Assembly: GCA_040882555.1 (NCBI GenBank)
Contig: JBBEBC010000153.1
Coordinates: forward strand, 1-58,524
DNA from: Bacteroidia bacterium
GTDB lineage: Bacteria; Bacteroidota; Bacteroidia; M30B66
Length of the DNA stretch: 58,524 bases
Direction of reading: 5' to 3'
In this document: in pieces, positions 29,649 through 39,818 of the stretch
Numbering within the stretch: position 1 is the stretch's first letter
How the letters are laid out: each line of letters starts with the position of its first letter
Notes under the pieces: generated by a model
Databases searched by the model: none
Seen by the model: only the letters and a program-made list of their open reading frames with translations
Told to the model about the DNA's origin: nothing
Translations under genes and position numbers: made by a program

Positions 29649-32602
29649 AGCACTTGATAAATAGCTTCCTGAATTTCGGTGCGGGTTGAAAGTATATTTA
29701 ATTTCTTGTTTTCTGCATCAGGATATACCCGATTAGAAAGAAAAACAAAGATTAGATTTTTCTCGGGATCAACCCAAGCAATTGTTCCTGTAAATCCAGT
29801 ATGACCAAAACTTAGTGAAGAAACACATTGACACGTTGGACCCACTTTCTTGTAATTCATTTCAGGCTTATCAAAACCAAGGCCCCGACGATTATCATTT
29901 TCACAGAATTGACATCTAATAAATTCGTTGATAGTTGCTTCTGATATAAAGCGTTGTCCACCGTAGACACCTTTATTTAATATCATTTGCATAATGGTAG
30001 CTAAATCGCCCGCATTTGAAAATAATCCTGCATGACCTCCAACGCCGCCCATCATAGCTGCTCCCTGATCATGAACATATCCATGAATGAGTTGCTTTCT
30101 GTATAAATCATCCTTTTCTGTTGGTATGATTTCATCTTTACTGAAATGAGCTAAAGGGTTGAATGATGTTCTAGGTAAGCCTATTGGTTTGTAAAATAAA
30201 GAATCGACATATTTATCAAGAGATTTACCAGAATGGTTTTCAATGATGTATTTGAAAAAGTAGTAACCTAAATCGCTGTATTTATAGTTTTTTTTTGTGT
30301 CAACATTGCAGGCGGCAATAACAGCTAAAATTGAATCTGGATAATCATTTCTTATGTAGAGATTGTCGGCGACCTTTATCCTAAAGCTATCAGATTCTGC
30401 ATTTCTGTAGTACTTATTTTTGGTTGAGGCATCTTTAATTGTTGCCCTATAAAATGGAATCCAAGCAGGAAGACCTGCTTGATGAGCTAGAATATCTCTA
30501 ATTCTCATGCTGCCCTTATTCGTTTTTTCTAGAAATGGAATGTAATCAGCGACAGTTTTGTCGATATCGATATAAAGCTCATCGGTTAGGCGCATGATAC
30601 TTAATGTTGTTGCTGCTACTTTTGTAAGGCTGGCTAAGTCATAAAGATCTGTAATACTAACATTCTCGGAGTTAGCAGAATAGGTATGATGGCCAAATGC
30701 TTTGTTGTAAAAGACTTTACCATTCTGAGCAATTAGGACTTGACAACCGGGTGTTGCCTTGAGTTTAATGGCTATTTCTGCAAGGGAATCGACCTTTCTG
30801 AAATCCTTGTTGGTATATCCCATTTCTGAAGGAATGGTATATTTTATTCTGATTACTTGGGACAATTCCTTACCACTGCCAAAAGTGTATCTATCGTCAA
30901 TATGGACAGGGAGTTTTCCATTCGCTTTGATGCTTCCAAAAATAAGCTGAGCCGATAATTCCTGACTTAAATCATTGTCCTCGTATGAGACAATTAGTCC
31001 AGCCGGAGTGGCTGCATCAGAAAGGCTTGACAAGCTGTATGGATTCGCCATTAGGTTTACAATCACTGTTGATTGCTTGTTCAAAGCAGCCAAAAAGTTA
31101 CTGACTGCAGCATTTACTCCTGCCTTTTTAGACATGGTATTTTTGGGATTGTTAATCGTAACAATCACTAGATTAAACGACTTCAGCTTTTGAAGTAACT
31201 GAGCTTTTTGATCAACTAGAGTTTCTTTATCAGCAATAAATCCTTCAACTTTTGTGTATTTGTTAAGAGTTTTCAGGAAAATACTTCCTCTGTTTCCATC
31301 CACCGCTAGGTGCGCAATTTTAAGAGTATCAAGGCCTTTCAGAGGAATAACATTGTTATTTTCGAGAACTGTAAGAGAAGCTTCCGTTAGTTTTCTTCTA
31401 ACCAATTCAGAATTCTCATTATTTAGGTCTTCAACAAGGTTGGTAATTTGAACGGGTTTGAATTTATCAAGTCCTAACCAATACTTAGCATGAAGAATCT
31501 TTCTGCATCGTGCATCAATCTCAAGCTGAGAAATTTCACCCTTTTCAATGGCAGCCTTAATTCCAGAAATTCCAGATGCCACATCGCTAGCAAAAAGCAA
31601 AATATCATTTCCAGCTTTTATAGCATTTACATTTATCTGATTAGAGGTGAGATTAGCACTAATGCCTTTCATGTTGAGCGCATCAGTAAAAACTAAGCCC
31701 TTGAAACCCAATTCCTGACGCAAAAGTGTGTCAACCACGTAAGGCGAAAGTGTGGTTGGCCTTCCAGCAGTCTTGTCAAGAGCTGGTACATTGAGGTGTG
31801 CAACCATCATGCTACCTAATCCGAAATTAATCAGCTCCCTAAATGGATATAATTCAATAGAATCGAGCCTTTCGCGCGTATGATTAATAGTAGGAAGCGT
31901 TTTATGGGAATCTGAATCCGTGTCGCCGTGACCTGGAAAGTGTTTCGCATTGGCAAGAACTCCAGTGTTTTGCATACCAAGCATATACGCAATGCCTTTT
32001 TTAGCTACATTGAATTTATCGGATCCGAAAGATCTCATGTTAATGACCGGGTTGGAAGGATTGCTATTCACATCCACCACAGGTGCAAAATTTACATGAA
32101 TACCAAGTCGCTTACATTCTTGAGCAATTCTGACTCCCATTTGATAAATTAATGTGTCGTTCTGAATAGCTCCAAGAGTCATCTGTTTAGGGTAAACAGC
32201 CGTAGAATCTAATCGCATGGAAACACCCCATTCTCCATCTATTGAAATCATTAATGGCACATTAGAGAGCTTTTGATAATAATTAGTAAGTTTTGCCTGA
32301 CGCACAGGCCCACCTTGCATAAAAATTAATCCACCGATTTGCTGGTCCTTTATCAGTTTAGCAATCTCATTTTGATGAGCAATAGGCTTATTTGAATAGG
32401 CTGCAACCATGAAAAGTTGACCAATACGCTGCTCTGGAGTTAATTTACCCATTACAGAATCGACCCATTTCTGGCCTTGATTTAGAAAGGGAGGATCATG
32501 CAGAACTTCGACAACTGAATGATTGCTTTGTGGAGTAAAAAATGAGGAGAACACCAAAGCTGCAATAGAGACGAAGGTGATGAGTTTTAATATGCGTATC
32601 AT
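29645..32602 (-). CDS. GH3 beta-N-acetylglucosaminidase fused to a serine beta-lactamase-like hydrolase domain
   Basis: NagZ-type KHFPGHGD, FAPVVDVN and FTDALNMKG; C-terminal YDLASLTK (SxxK), YSD and HTGFTG. Confidence 0.92.
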   Translation of the reverse strand: MIRILKLITFVSIAALVFSSFFTPQSNHSVVEVLHDPPFLNQGQKWVDSVMGKLTPEQRIGQLFMVAAYSNKPIAHQNEIAKLIKDQQIGGLIFMQGGPVRQAKLTNYYQKLSNVPLMISIDGEWGVSMRLDSTAVYPKQMTLGAIQNDTLIYQMGVRIAQECKRLGIHVNFAPVVDVNSNPSNPVINMRSFGSDKFNVAKKGIAYMLGMQNTGVLANAKHFPGHGDTDSDSHKTLPTINHTRERLDSIELYPFRELINFGLGSMMVAHLNVPALDKTAGRPTTLSPYVVDTLLRQELGFKGLVFTDALNMKGISANLTSNQINVNAIKAGNDILLFASDVASGISGIKAAIEKGEISQLEIDARCRKILHAKYWLGLDKFKPVQITNLVEDLNNENSELVRRKLTEASLTVLENNNVIPLKGLDTLKIAHLAVDGNRGSIFLKTLNKYTKVEGFIADKETLVDQKAQLLQKLKSFNLVIVTINNPKNTMSKKAGVNAAVSNFLAALNKQSTVIVNLMANPYSLSSLSDAATPAGLIVSYEDNDLSQELSAQLIFGSIKANGKLPVHIDDRYTFGSGKELSQVIRIKYTIPSEMGYTNKDFRKVDSLAEIAIKLKATPGCQVLIAQNGKVFYNKAFGHHTYSANSENVSITDLYDLASLTKVAATTLSIMRLTDELYIDIDKTVADYIPFLEKTNKGSMRIRDILAHQAGLPAWIPFYRATIKDASTKNKYYRNAESDSFRIKVADNLYIRNDYPDSILAVIAACNVDTKKNYKYSDLGYYFFKYIIENHSGKSLDKYVDSLFYKPIGLPRTSFNPLAHFSKDEIIPTEKDDLYRKQLIHGYVHDQGAAMMGGVGGHAGLFSNAGDLATIMQMILNKGVYGGQRFISEATINEFIRCQFCENDNRRGLGFDKPEMNYKKVGPTCQCVSSLSFGHTGFTGTIAWVDPEKNLIFVFLSNRVYPDAENKKLNILSTRTEIQEAIYQVL

Positions 32603-32765
32603 AGATTGTAAAAATACTTAAGCACTTTAAGGCAAATGCTTTAAGAATAAGGAAGTATCAACACGAGAACGTTAACAGTTTCACAATGTTATTCTGTAAA
32701 AACAGTTTAAATATTAATGCGTTATCATTTATATGATAGCAAAGCGATTCTTAACTTGTCGGACT

Positions 32766-34325
32766 ATGAATTCAAGATTCTTTTTGCTTTTAGTAATATC
32801 CATTTTTACTCTAAGTAATACGTCAAACGCTCAGTTTGAGAATAAAATCCAATGGGGTGGCGAGGTATTTAAGCCATCTAGCTCAACATCTTTTTCGGTT
32901 ATTGGTAATTGGACTGAAGGAGTTATGATGCAATCTCAAACCCGAACTAAATTATTTTCAGCCAGCAAAACCTATATTCAAAGGTATGACGACCTCACTT
33001 TGTTGCCTCAATTTAATAAGGAAATTGCACTGGAAACGAATCGTGGTGATAAATCTCTTGAGTATCAGGTAATGGAAAGGCTGGGTGATAACCCTGTTTT
33101 ATTTGCTACCTACTATAATAAAGAGCGCGATAAGATAGAATTATATGGGAGAATATATTCTCTAGGTGGCGATCCTGTAGGTAAGGAAATGAAGATTGCT
33201 CAGTTTCCTGCAAGTAGGAAGACAGATATTGAGTCTTTGAATTTTGTAGCATCGAATGATAATTCATCTATGCTCACGTTTTTCTCTGAGCGATTTGATA
33301 AATACTCAAATGAGAAAATCTCTTTTCATTATTTTGATAATAATCTCAATACAAAGTGGAGTAGGGATATTGAATTTCCATACAAAGGGAAGAATTTCTC
33401 AATTCACAGATCACAAGTTGATGCATCAGGAAGGGTGTTTTTATTGGTTAGGATACGGTATGACAAAGACGATCCTGCCGAGAAAAATGCTCCGCCTTTC
33501 AGATATGGATTGGTCACTTTTACTGGCGATTCTTCCACAGTTGAGGATTATGAATTGACTTTGGGAAGCAAATTCATTACTGACATAGATATGTATCTCG
33601 AAGAGGATGGCTCTGTTACATGCTCAGGTTTTTATTCTGTTAGAGGGATGGGTAATGCGGCAGGTACATTTTTTATGAAGGTAAACCGAGAAACTCAGGC
33701 CATTGAAGATAAACAGCTGAATGATTTTGATCCATCTTTTGCTGCAAGCTTTCTTGAGAGCAGCAAGATTAGAGGTCAACTTGAGCTAAGTGATTTTAAA
33801 CTTGATCATTTTGTGAAGTTTGATGACGGCAGTTTTGGATTGATTGCTGAGCAGTTTCTGATTGATGAAATCTGTTATCAGGATTTTAGAACGGGCATGT
33901 TCAACTGCAATTATTTTTACTATTTCAATAATATTATCGTTATCAGAACTGATTCGGTAGGAGGGGTGCTTTGGGCAGCTGATATACCTAAATATCAGGA
34001 AAGTGCTAATGATGTTGGATATTATTCATCCTATGTTTTTGGTTTTGACGGCGAAGCCATGCATTTTGTGTTCAACGATAATCCAAAGAATTTGATCGAG
34101 ACAGATCAAAGGAGAGCTCACAGAATGGATAATATTAGAAAAGCCATTGTGGTGCATGCTCGATTGGGTAAGGATGGAAGTTTTTCGCGTGAAAATGCTT
34201 CCACAGAAAAAAGAAGTCGATTCTATTTCGTGCCTTCCTTTTCAAAACAAATCAGTGATAAATCTTTATGGATTGTTGGTATTTCAAGCAATAAATACCG
34301 TGTAGGTGTGCTACCAATAGATTGA
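32766..34325 (+). CDS. Secreted hypothetical beta-rich protein
   Basis: Signal peptide MNSRFFLLLVISIFTLSNTSNAQ; no function recognised. Confidence 0.75.
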   Translation: MNSRFFLLLVISIFTLSNTSNAQFENKIQWGGEVFKPSSSTSFSVIGNWTEGVMMQSQTRTKLFSASKTYIQRYDDLTLLPQFNKEIALETNRGDKSLEYQVMERLGDNPVLFATYYNKERDKIELYGRIYSLGGDPVGKEMKIAQFPASRKTDIESLNFVASNDNSSMLTFFSERFDKYSNEKISFHYFDNNLNTKWSRDIEFPYKGKNFSIHRSQVDASGRVFLLVRIRYDKDDPAEKNAPPFRYGLVTFTGDSSTVEDYELTLGSKFITDIDMYLEEDGSVTCSGFYSVRGMGNAAGTFFMKVNRETQAIEDKQLNDFDPSFAASFLESSKIRGQLELSDFKLDHFVKFDDGSFGLIAEQFLIDEICYQDFRTGMFNCNYFYYFNNIIVIRTDSVGGVLWAADIPKYQESANDVGYYSSYVFGFDGEAMHFVFNDNPKNLIETDQRRAHRMDNIRKAIVVHARLGKDGSFSRENASTEKRSRFYFVPSFSKQISDKSLWIVGISSNKYRVGVLPID

Positions 34326-34331
34326 AATTAA

Positions 34332-34622
34332 TTATTCAAAAAGACGTAGTCTGTTTTTAAGTTGGATGTTTTCCTCTTCGAGGGATTTCATTTTGTCGAG
34401 AAGATTAAGAATTACGTCAATGCCCTGTAGATTGATATTTAGGTCATGATGCAGCCGAATTATTCTTTCAATATCTGAGACAATTTCTTCTTCAATAAAA
34501 TAATCACTTTCAATGATGGAAATCTCAATGAGACCTTGAGTTTGAAGTTCAGTGAAAAAGGACATTTCAAGTTCGAAATGACTACAAATGTGAGAAAGTG
34601 GTATCAGAGTTTGAGATTTCAT
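34332..34622 (-). CDS. cbpM: Chaperone modulator CbpM (MerR-like)
   Basis: [23 protein letters not shown]; overlaps the cbpA stop. Confidence 0.85.
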   Translation of the reverse strand: MKSQTLIPLSHICSHFELEMSFFTELQTQGLIEISIIESDYFIEEEIVSDIERIIRLHHDLNINLQGIDVILNLLDKMKSLEEENIQLKNRLRLFE

Positions 34623-35521
34623 GAAGATCTTAATTTAGAGAGTTCATTAAATAATTCTTTTTCACGGTCGCTCAGTTGCTTTGGTATTTCTACCTGATAG
34701 GTGATGATTAAATCGCCGAAAGCACCATCCTTTTTGTAAACGGGAAAACCTTTACCCTTAAGTTTCACTTTTGTGCCATTCTGAGTTTCGGGAGAAACAT
34801 TCACTTTCACCTGACTGTCGAAGGTATCGACAAGAATAGTCCCTCCTAAAACCGCAGTATATAAATCGAGATTTACATTAGAGTAAAGGTTATCGCCTTC
34901 CAGCTTGAAATTACTATCATTCTCAACAATGAACTTTATATATAAATCTCCTTTCGGCCCACCATTATAGCCCTCTCCACCTTGAGAACTAATCTTAATA
35001 ATTTGTCCATTATTAATACCTGCCGGAATGGTAATTCTGATGTTTTTCCCATTTACCGTTAAAGTTCTTTTGTGTGTGATGTAAACATCCTTTAGGCCTA
35101 AATGCAATTCAGCATTGAAATCTTCTCCTTTGAAAGAAGTGGTTCTTCGTCCACCGCCGCTAGCTCCAGAAAATTGACCACCAAACATAGATTCGAAGAA
35201 ATCGGAGAAATCACCTTGCTGTGAGCCTCCCTGAGCCGAATGTTGTCGGGTTTGTTGAGTTGATTGTTGTTTTTTGGCTTGTTCAAATTGATCGGCATGT
35301 TTCCAGTCTTTCCCGTATTCATCGTATTTCTTTCTTTTTTCGGGATTACTCAAAACTTCATGAGCCTCATTCACAGCTTTGAAATTCTTCTCAGCTTCTT
35401 TATTGTCAGGATTTAGATCGGGATGAAATTTTCGGGCGGCTTTGCGATAAGCTTTCTTTATCTCGTCAGCTGTTGCATTTTTCGCAATGCCCAAAATCTT
35501 ATAATAATCAATGAATTCCAT
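34619..35521 (-). CDS. cbpA: DnaJ-class chaperone, CbpA type (no zinc finger)
   Basis: DYYKILG, HPD motif, G/F region and DnaJ C-terminal domain; paired with cbpM. Confidence 0.85.
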   Translation of the reverse strand: MEFIDYYKILGIAKNATADEIKKAYRKAARKFHPDLNPDNKEAEKNFKAVNEAHEVLSNPEKRKKYDEYGKDWKHADQFEQAKKQQSTQQTRQHSAQGGSQQGDFSDFFESMFGGQFSGASGGGRRTTSFKGEDFNAELHLGLKDVYITHKRTLTVNGKNIRITIPAGINNGQIIKISSQGGEGYNGGPKGDLYIKFIVENDSNFKLEGDNLYSNVNLDLYTAVLGGTILVDTFDSQVKVNVSPETQNGTKVKLKGKGFPVYKKDGAFGDLIITYQVEIPKQLSDREKELFNELSKLRSS

Positions 35522-35601
35522 AAATTAAGAATCATTTTAGGTAGGATGAAGTATTTGTCTTCTATATATTCAGCAATATGATGGTATTCTGCACAAGAAA
35601 A

Positions 35602-35718
35602 TCAATCTGATGATTTGCTTTCTTTTTCTTTTTTGCAAACGAATACCACAAGTTTTAAAACAGCATAAGGAACAGATAAAATTCCGAGCGACAATAATGC
35701 TAATTTCCAGAGGTCCAT
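35602..35718 (-). CDS. Candidate 38-aa single-pass membrane micro-protein
   Basis: MDLWKLALLSLGILSVPYAVLKLVVFVCKKEKESKSSD; ATG lies 3 nt after a CATCTTTG near-consensus -7 box; fills the gap between two genes. Confidence 0.45.
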   Translation of the reverse strand: MDLWKLALLSLGILSVPYAVLKLVVFVCKKEKESKSSD

Positions 35719-35731
35719 CTGCAAAGATGCT

Positions 35732-36370
35732 TTACTGAGATTCTTCCTGCAAGGTAAAAATGAATCCTCCAGAAATTTCAGGCTCACACTTAATTATCTC
35801 CCATCGGGAAAAGTCAGCTAATGAATGAATTACTTTAAACCTAGGTAATTTGCTCAAGCGACTAACCTGATTGAGACTTAGCCATTTTTTCTGATTAAAT
35901 AGTTCAAGAATTCTTTGTTCATTGTCTGAGAATTGTGATGGAGGAGGGGTTTTTCCGCCGGCTATTTGCCATAATCTTAAATGCACTGGAGTTGCCAATC
36001 TGTTTGATGCTCCAATTCTTAGCCAAGCTTTTTGAATTCCTGGTTCATATTCTGAAAGCACTGGTTTTTCTGATGCTTGGGGGATATAAGCTTCAATTAT
36101 CACCCTGCCATCAATCTCGTGTCTTTTGATTTCAGATTTCACTGGAGGTTTGCAATAGATGTCTGTGGCTGCTTCAAGAACGTAAAGCTCCTCTTCCAGA
36201 CGAATTCCGGCAGGAACACCATTGTCTTTAACACCAACTAAGATGGTACCTCCATCAGTATTGGCAAAAGCAGAAATAGTTTCAGAAATGCGGCGGGCAG
36301 AGTTAAGCTCGAACTTGAATTCTAAGGTTTGACTTTCACCGCGAGCTATTAAATCCCGTATAGACGACAT
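35732..36370 (-). CDS. AlbA_2 (Schlafen-like) domain protein with a possible C-terminal winged helix
   Basis: GESQTLEFK, ISAFANTDGGTILVGVKDNG; C-terminal LSLNQVSRLSKL. Confidence 0.82.
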   Translation of the reverse strand: MSSIRDLIARGESQTLEFKFELNSARRISETISAFANTDGGTILVGVKDNGVPAGIRLEEELYVLEAATDIYCKPPVKSEIKRHEIDGRVIIEAYIPQASEKPVLSEYEPGIQKAWLRIGASNRLATPVHLRLWQIAGGKTPPPSQFSDNEQRILELFNQKKWLSLNQVSRLSKLPRFKVIHSLADFSRWEIIKCEPEISGGFIFTLQEESQ

Positions 36371-36374
36371 GGAA

Positions 36375-36382
36375 CAAATATA
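36375..36382 (-). promoter_or_regulatory. -7 promoter element TATATTTG
   Basis: Top strand CAAATATA, 4 nt before the ATG at 36370. Confidence 0.55.
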
Positions 36383-36483
36383 AGGTCTGAAAAGATTCCT
36401 ATTGCTACAAAACGGAAATAGAAATTGACAATGATGTTCATACTTTAAGTGCTTATGTTGATTTATGCCTCACCTAAGTCTAT

Positions 36484-36491
36484 TAAATTTG
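36484..36491 (+). promoter_or_regulatory. -7 promoter element TAAATTTG for recN
   Basis: TAAATTTG-cagc-ATG. Confidence 0.6.
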
Positions 36492-36495
36492 CAGC

Positions 36496-38160
36496 ATGTT
36501 GCAAAGGCTTACTATTAGAAACTATGCCTTAATTGAGGAGCTCGATATTGAGTTTCGAGAAGGATTATCCATTATTACCGGTGAAACTGGATCAGGGAAG
36601 TCTATTCTTCTCGGGGCATTGGGCTTGTTGTTAGGTGAACGTGCCGACTCCTCAGTTCTTCGCGATCAGAAGCAAAAATGCATTCTAGAAGCCCGATTCG
36701 ACATCAATCAATATCAACTTGAATCATTCTTTACAGCAAATGATCTTGATTTTGATTCGATTTGTATCCTTAGAAGAGAGCTTACGCCTCAAGGAAAATC
36801 ACGTGCTTTTGTAAATGATACTCCTGTAAACTTGAGTCAACTGAAAGAGCTTGGTTCACATCTGGTTGATATCCATTCTCAACACGACTCGCTTCAACTT
36901 AAGGAATCAGCCTTCCTTATTCAGCTTCTCGATGGAAGTGCAGGTTTGAATCAGCTTACTACATTATATAAGGAGTGTTTTCATTCATGGAAATCCATCC
37001 GCCGAAGGCGAGATGAATTAATTGAAGAAGAAAGAAGGTTGCTTCAAGAAGAAGATTTTCTAAAATTTCAGTTTAATGAGCTTCAAATTCTTGATTTGAA
37101 GGACGGGGAGGAGCAAAGTGTTGAAGCAGAGCTAAATTCACTGCAGCATGCAGAAGATATTAGAGAACAGTTAAGTTTAATTGAAGAAGTTCTTGATCGT
37201 GATGATCAGGGAGTTTTGCAGGAATTGCGTAAATCTATTCAAGCTGCTCAAAGCATTTCCGCTTATTCTCAGGTAGCTGTAGAAGTTTCTGAAAGATTAC
37301 AATCTGTTTTAATTGAGTTAAAAGATATTCTTCAAACGGCCTCGGAAGCGGCTTCTGATTCTGAAATAGATCCTCAAAAGCTTCATGTTTTAGAACTTCG
37401 TTGGGATAAACTCAATCACGTACTTCAAAAACACAGAGTAAGTTCAACGGCTGAATTGATTGAACTAAGAGATCAGCTTGATGAACGTTTGCAAAGGAGT
37501 AGTCGTGTTAGTTCGGAAACCGAAGACCTAGATAAACAAACGAACTTGCTGTATGATGAATTAAATAACCTAGGCCAGCAGTTGCATGAAGAAAGGCTTA
37601 AGATTGCTCCTAAACTTGAAAAAGTTTGTCTTCATTTATTGAATCAACTAGGAATGCCTAAGGCTCAGGTATCTTTTCAGATAGTTAAGAAAGATAGTCC
37701 AGATGTTTTAGGGTATGATAATGTAAAGTTTCTTTTTTCGGCAAACGCCGGACAAGCAATACAAGAATTAAGTAAGGTTGCTTCTGGTGGAGAGTTTTCT
37801 AGATTGATGCTTTCCTTGAAAAAGGTTTTGGCTTCAACAAAGGCTTTACCTACTATTATTTTTGATGAGATAGATACAGGTGTTTCTGGAGCTATTGCTG
37901 AAAAGATGGGTGATGTATTTGAGGAGATGGGTAAAGATATGCAAGTGATGGTTATAACGCATCTACCTCAGATTGCAGGTAAAGGACGAGATCATTTCAA
38001 GGTTGTTAAGCAGGAGGAAGGGAAAAAAACGATTTCTAAAATTGTAAGGCTTGGAGATGATGAGCGAATTGCTGAAGTTGCAGCTATGCTTAGTGGCAAG
38101 GAGCTTACTGAAGCAGCTTTGAGTCATGCAAAATCCCTTCTGGGTTTAACATCCTCATAA
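36496..38160 (+). CDS. recN: DNA repair protein RecN
   Basis: IRNYALI, Walker A TGETGSGKS, DIHSQH, signature ASGGEFSR, Walker B IFDEIDTG, ITHLPQ. Confidence 0.96.
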   Translation: MLQRLTIRNYALIEELDIEFREGLSIITGETGSGKSILLGALGLLLGERADSSVLRDQKQKCILEARFDINQYQLESFFTANDLDFDSICILRRELTPQGKSRAFVNDTPVNLSQLKELGSHLVDIHSQHDSLQLKESAFLIQLLDGSAGLNQLTTLYKECFHSWKSIRRRRDELIEEERRLLQEEDFLKFQFNELQILDLKDGEEQSVEAELNSLQHAEDIREQLSLIEEVLDRDDQGVLQELRKSIQAAQSISAYSQVAVEVSERLQSVLIELKDILQTASEAASDSEIDPQKLHVLELRWDKLNHVLQKHRVSSTAELIELRDQLDERLQRSSRVSSETEDLDKQTNLLYDELNNLGQQLHEERLKIAPKLEKVCLHLLNQLGMPKAQVSFQIVKKDSPDVLGYDNVKFLFSANAGQAIQELSKVASGGEFSRLMLSLKKVLASTKALPTIIFDEIDTGVSGAIAEKMGDVFEEMGKDMQVMVITHLPQIAGKGRDHFKVVKQEEGKKTISKIVRLGDDERIAEVAAMLSGKELTEAALSHAKSLLGLTSS

Positions 38161-38214
38161 AACTATTACTTTTACCGATACAACATAAATAGAAATAACG
38201 AACCTAAATAAGCT

Positions 38215-39033
38215 ATGACTCAATTATTAAAGGGAAAACGTGGAATTATTTTCGGAGCGCTGGATGAGCAGAGTATTGCTTGGAAAGTTGCTCAAGTTGC
38301 TCATCAAGAAGGTGCTTCATTTGTATTAACAAATGCACCGATTGCCATGCGAATGGGTGAAATCAATAAGCTTGCTGAAGCTACGAATTCAAAAATCATC
38401 CCTGCAGATGCTACATCTGATGAGGATTTAAATAAACTATTTACCGAAGCTCAGGAAATTCTTGGTGGTAAGATTGACTTCGTTTTGCATTCTATCGGAA
38501 TGTCGCCAAATGTTAGAAAAGCAAAGCCTTACACTGATTTGAATTATGATTTCTTTCATAAAACACTAGATGTAAGTGCTTTATCTCTTCACAGAGTGCT
38601 TCAAACAGCACATAAGCTTGATGCTTTGAACGATTGGGCCTCAGTTGTTGCGCTTTCATATATAGCGGCTCAAAGGACTTTTCCTGATTATAGTGACATG
38701 GCAGAAGCCAAGGCATTATTAGAATCTATTGCAAGAAGCTTTGGTTACCATTATGGCAAGGCGAAAAAAGTGAGAGTAAATACCATTTCACAATCACCAA
38801 CTTGGACTACCGCTGGAAGCGGAGTGCCAGGATTTAAAGAGTTTTTCAGGTATGCCGATACGATGTCGCCACTTGGAAATGCTTCGGCTGAAGATTGTGC
38901 GAAGTATGTTACAACACTATTTTCCGATTATACACGTATGGTAACTATGCAGAACTTATTTCATGATGGAGGTTTTTCCATGATGGGAATAAACGCAGCC
39001 ATGGTAGCACCAGAAACTGATGAATCTAAATAA
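38215..39033 (+). CDS. fabI: Enoyl-ACP reductase
   Basis: LLKGKRGIIFGALDEQSIAW, HSIGMS, YxxMxxAK (YSDMAEAK), RVNTISQSP, HDGGFS. Confidence 0.92.
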   Translation: MTQLLKGKRGIIFGALDEQSIAWKVAQVAHQEGASFVLTNAPIAMRMGEINKLAEATNSKIIPADATSDEDLNKLFTEAQEILGGKIDFVLHSIGMSPNVRKAKPYTDLNYDFFHKTLDVSALSLHRVLQTAHKLDALNDWASVVALSYIAAQRTFPDYSDMAEAKALLESIARSFGYHYGKAKKVRVNTISQSPTWTTAGSGVPGFKEFFRYADTMSPLGNASAEDCAKYVTTLFSDYTRMVTMQNLFHDGGFSMMGINAAMVAPETDESK

Positions 39034-39754
39034 AATAAATACGTATGTGTGTTTTGGCCTGAAAGCCGGATTAATACTCGTTTTTTTATTGAGTACCACA
39101 TTCGCTTTCTCCCAAGATGAAGATAAGCCTGTAGAGCAGAAGAGATTGCCAGTCACGTTTCGATTTGATGGTGGATTAGGAAATATTCTAACGCCCCGAG
39201 CAATGAGGAACAATTTTTACTCGGTAGGTGATTTGAATGGTGGGTTTCATTTTGGCTTTGCCAAAGGATGGAATGTTGGTATCAATATGAGGTACACTGG
39301 TTTTCAAATCAGACAAGGTGCTTCTAATGTAAGTGATACTGTTATAGCAGGAATTATCTATCAGGTTAGAACCATCCATAATTCATATACGCCAGGAGTT
39401 ACTCTTGGATATGATAAGTGGGTAGGGGAGAAAGCTTTTTTTAACTTCAATGTCAATGCTGGGTATTCACTTGTGCGCTATAGTAAAGTAAGAAATGCCT
39501 TTAAGGGTGATATAAAAGCAGCTAATTTTGAGGCTTTGCTTGTTGAACCAGCAATAAATTTCATGTATTTCTTTGAGGACAAAGTAGGCATGACCATAAA
39601 AGTTTCTTACTCGTGGACTAACGGTTGGTTTAGGCCTGGAGATATTGGTCTTGATAAAGGAGTTATTCCATATACATCAGAGGAGCTGAAAGGTAATCTC
39701 CAATTTATTTCATTTGGCTTAGGATTTATATACTCTTTTAGGAGAGTGAGTTGA
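39020..39754 (+). CDS. Putative outer-membrane beta-barrel protein
   Basis: Signal region ending AFSQ; amphipathic strands; C-terminal FGLGFIYSF. The start is uncertain. Confidence 0.65.
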   Translation: MNLNKINTYVCFGLKAGLILVFLLSTTFAFSQDEDKPVEQKRLPVTFRFDGGLGNILTPRAMRNNFYSVGDLNGGFHFGFAKGWNVGINMRYTGFQIRQGASNVSDTVIAGIIYQVRTIHNSYTPGVTLGYDKWVGEKAFFNFNVNAGYSLVRYSKVRNAFKGDIKAANFEALLVEPAINFMYFFEDKVGMTIKVSYSWTNGWFRPGDIGLDKGVIPYTSEELKGNLQFISFGLGFIYSFRRVS

Positions 39755-39769
39755 TTTAAAGACAACAAA

Positions 39770-39802
39770 AAAAGCCCCGATAAATTAATTATCGGGGCTT
39801 TT
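39770..39802. terminator. Bidirectional intrinsic terminator
   Basis: AAAAGCCCCGATAA-attaa-TTATCGGGGCTTTT, a perfect inverted repeat between convergent genes. Confidence 0.9.
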
Positions 39803-39818
39803 GCGTTTTATAAACTTA

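Noticed and set aside
29645-30800. Beta-lactamase-like domain as an antibiotic resistance gene
   Set aside because: It is fused to a NagZ-type GH3 domain, which fits a cell-wall recycling hydrolase better.
35732-36370. AlbA_2/Schlafen-like gene as an anti-phage system
   Set aside because: It is a short stand-alone gene among housekeeping genes, with no defence partners visible.
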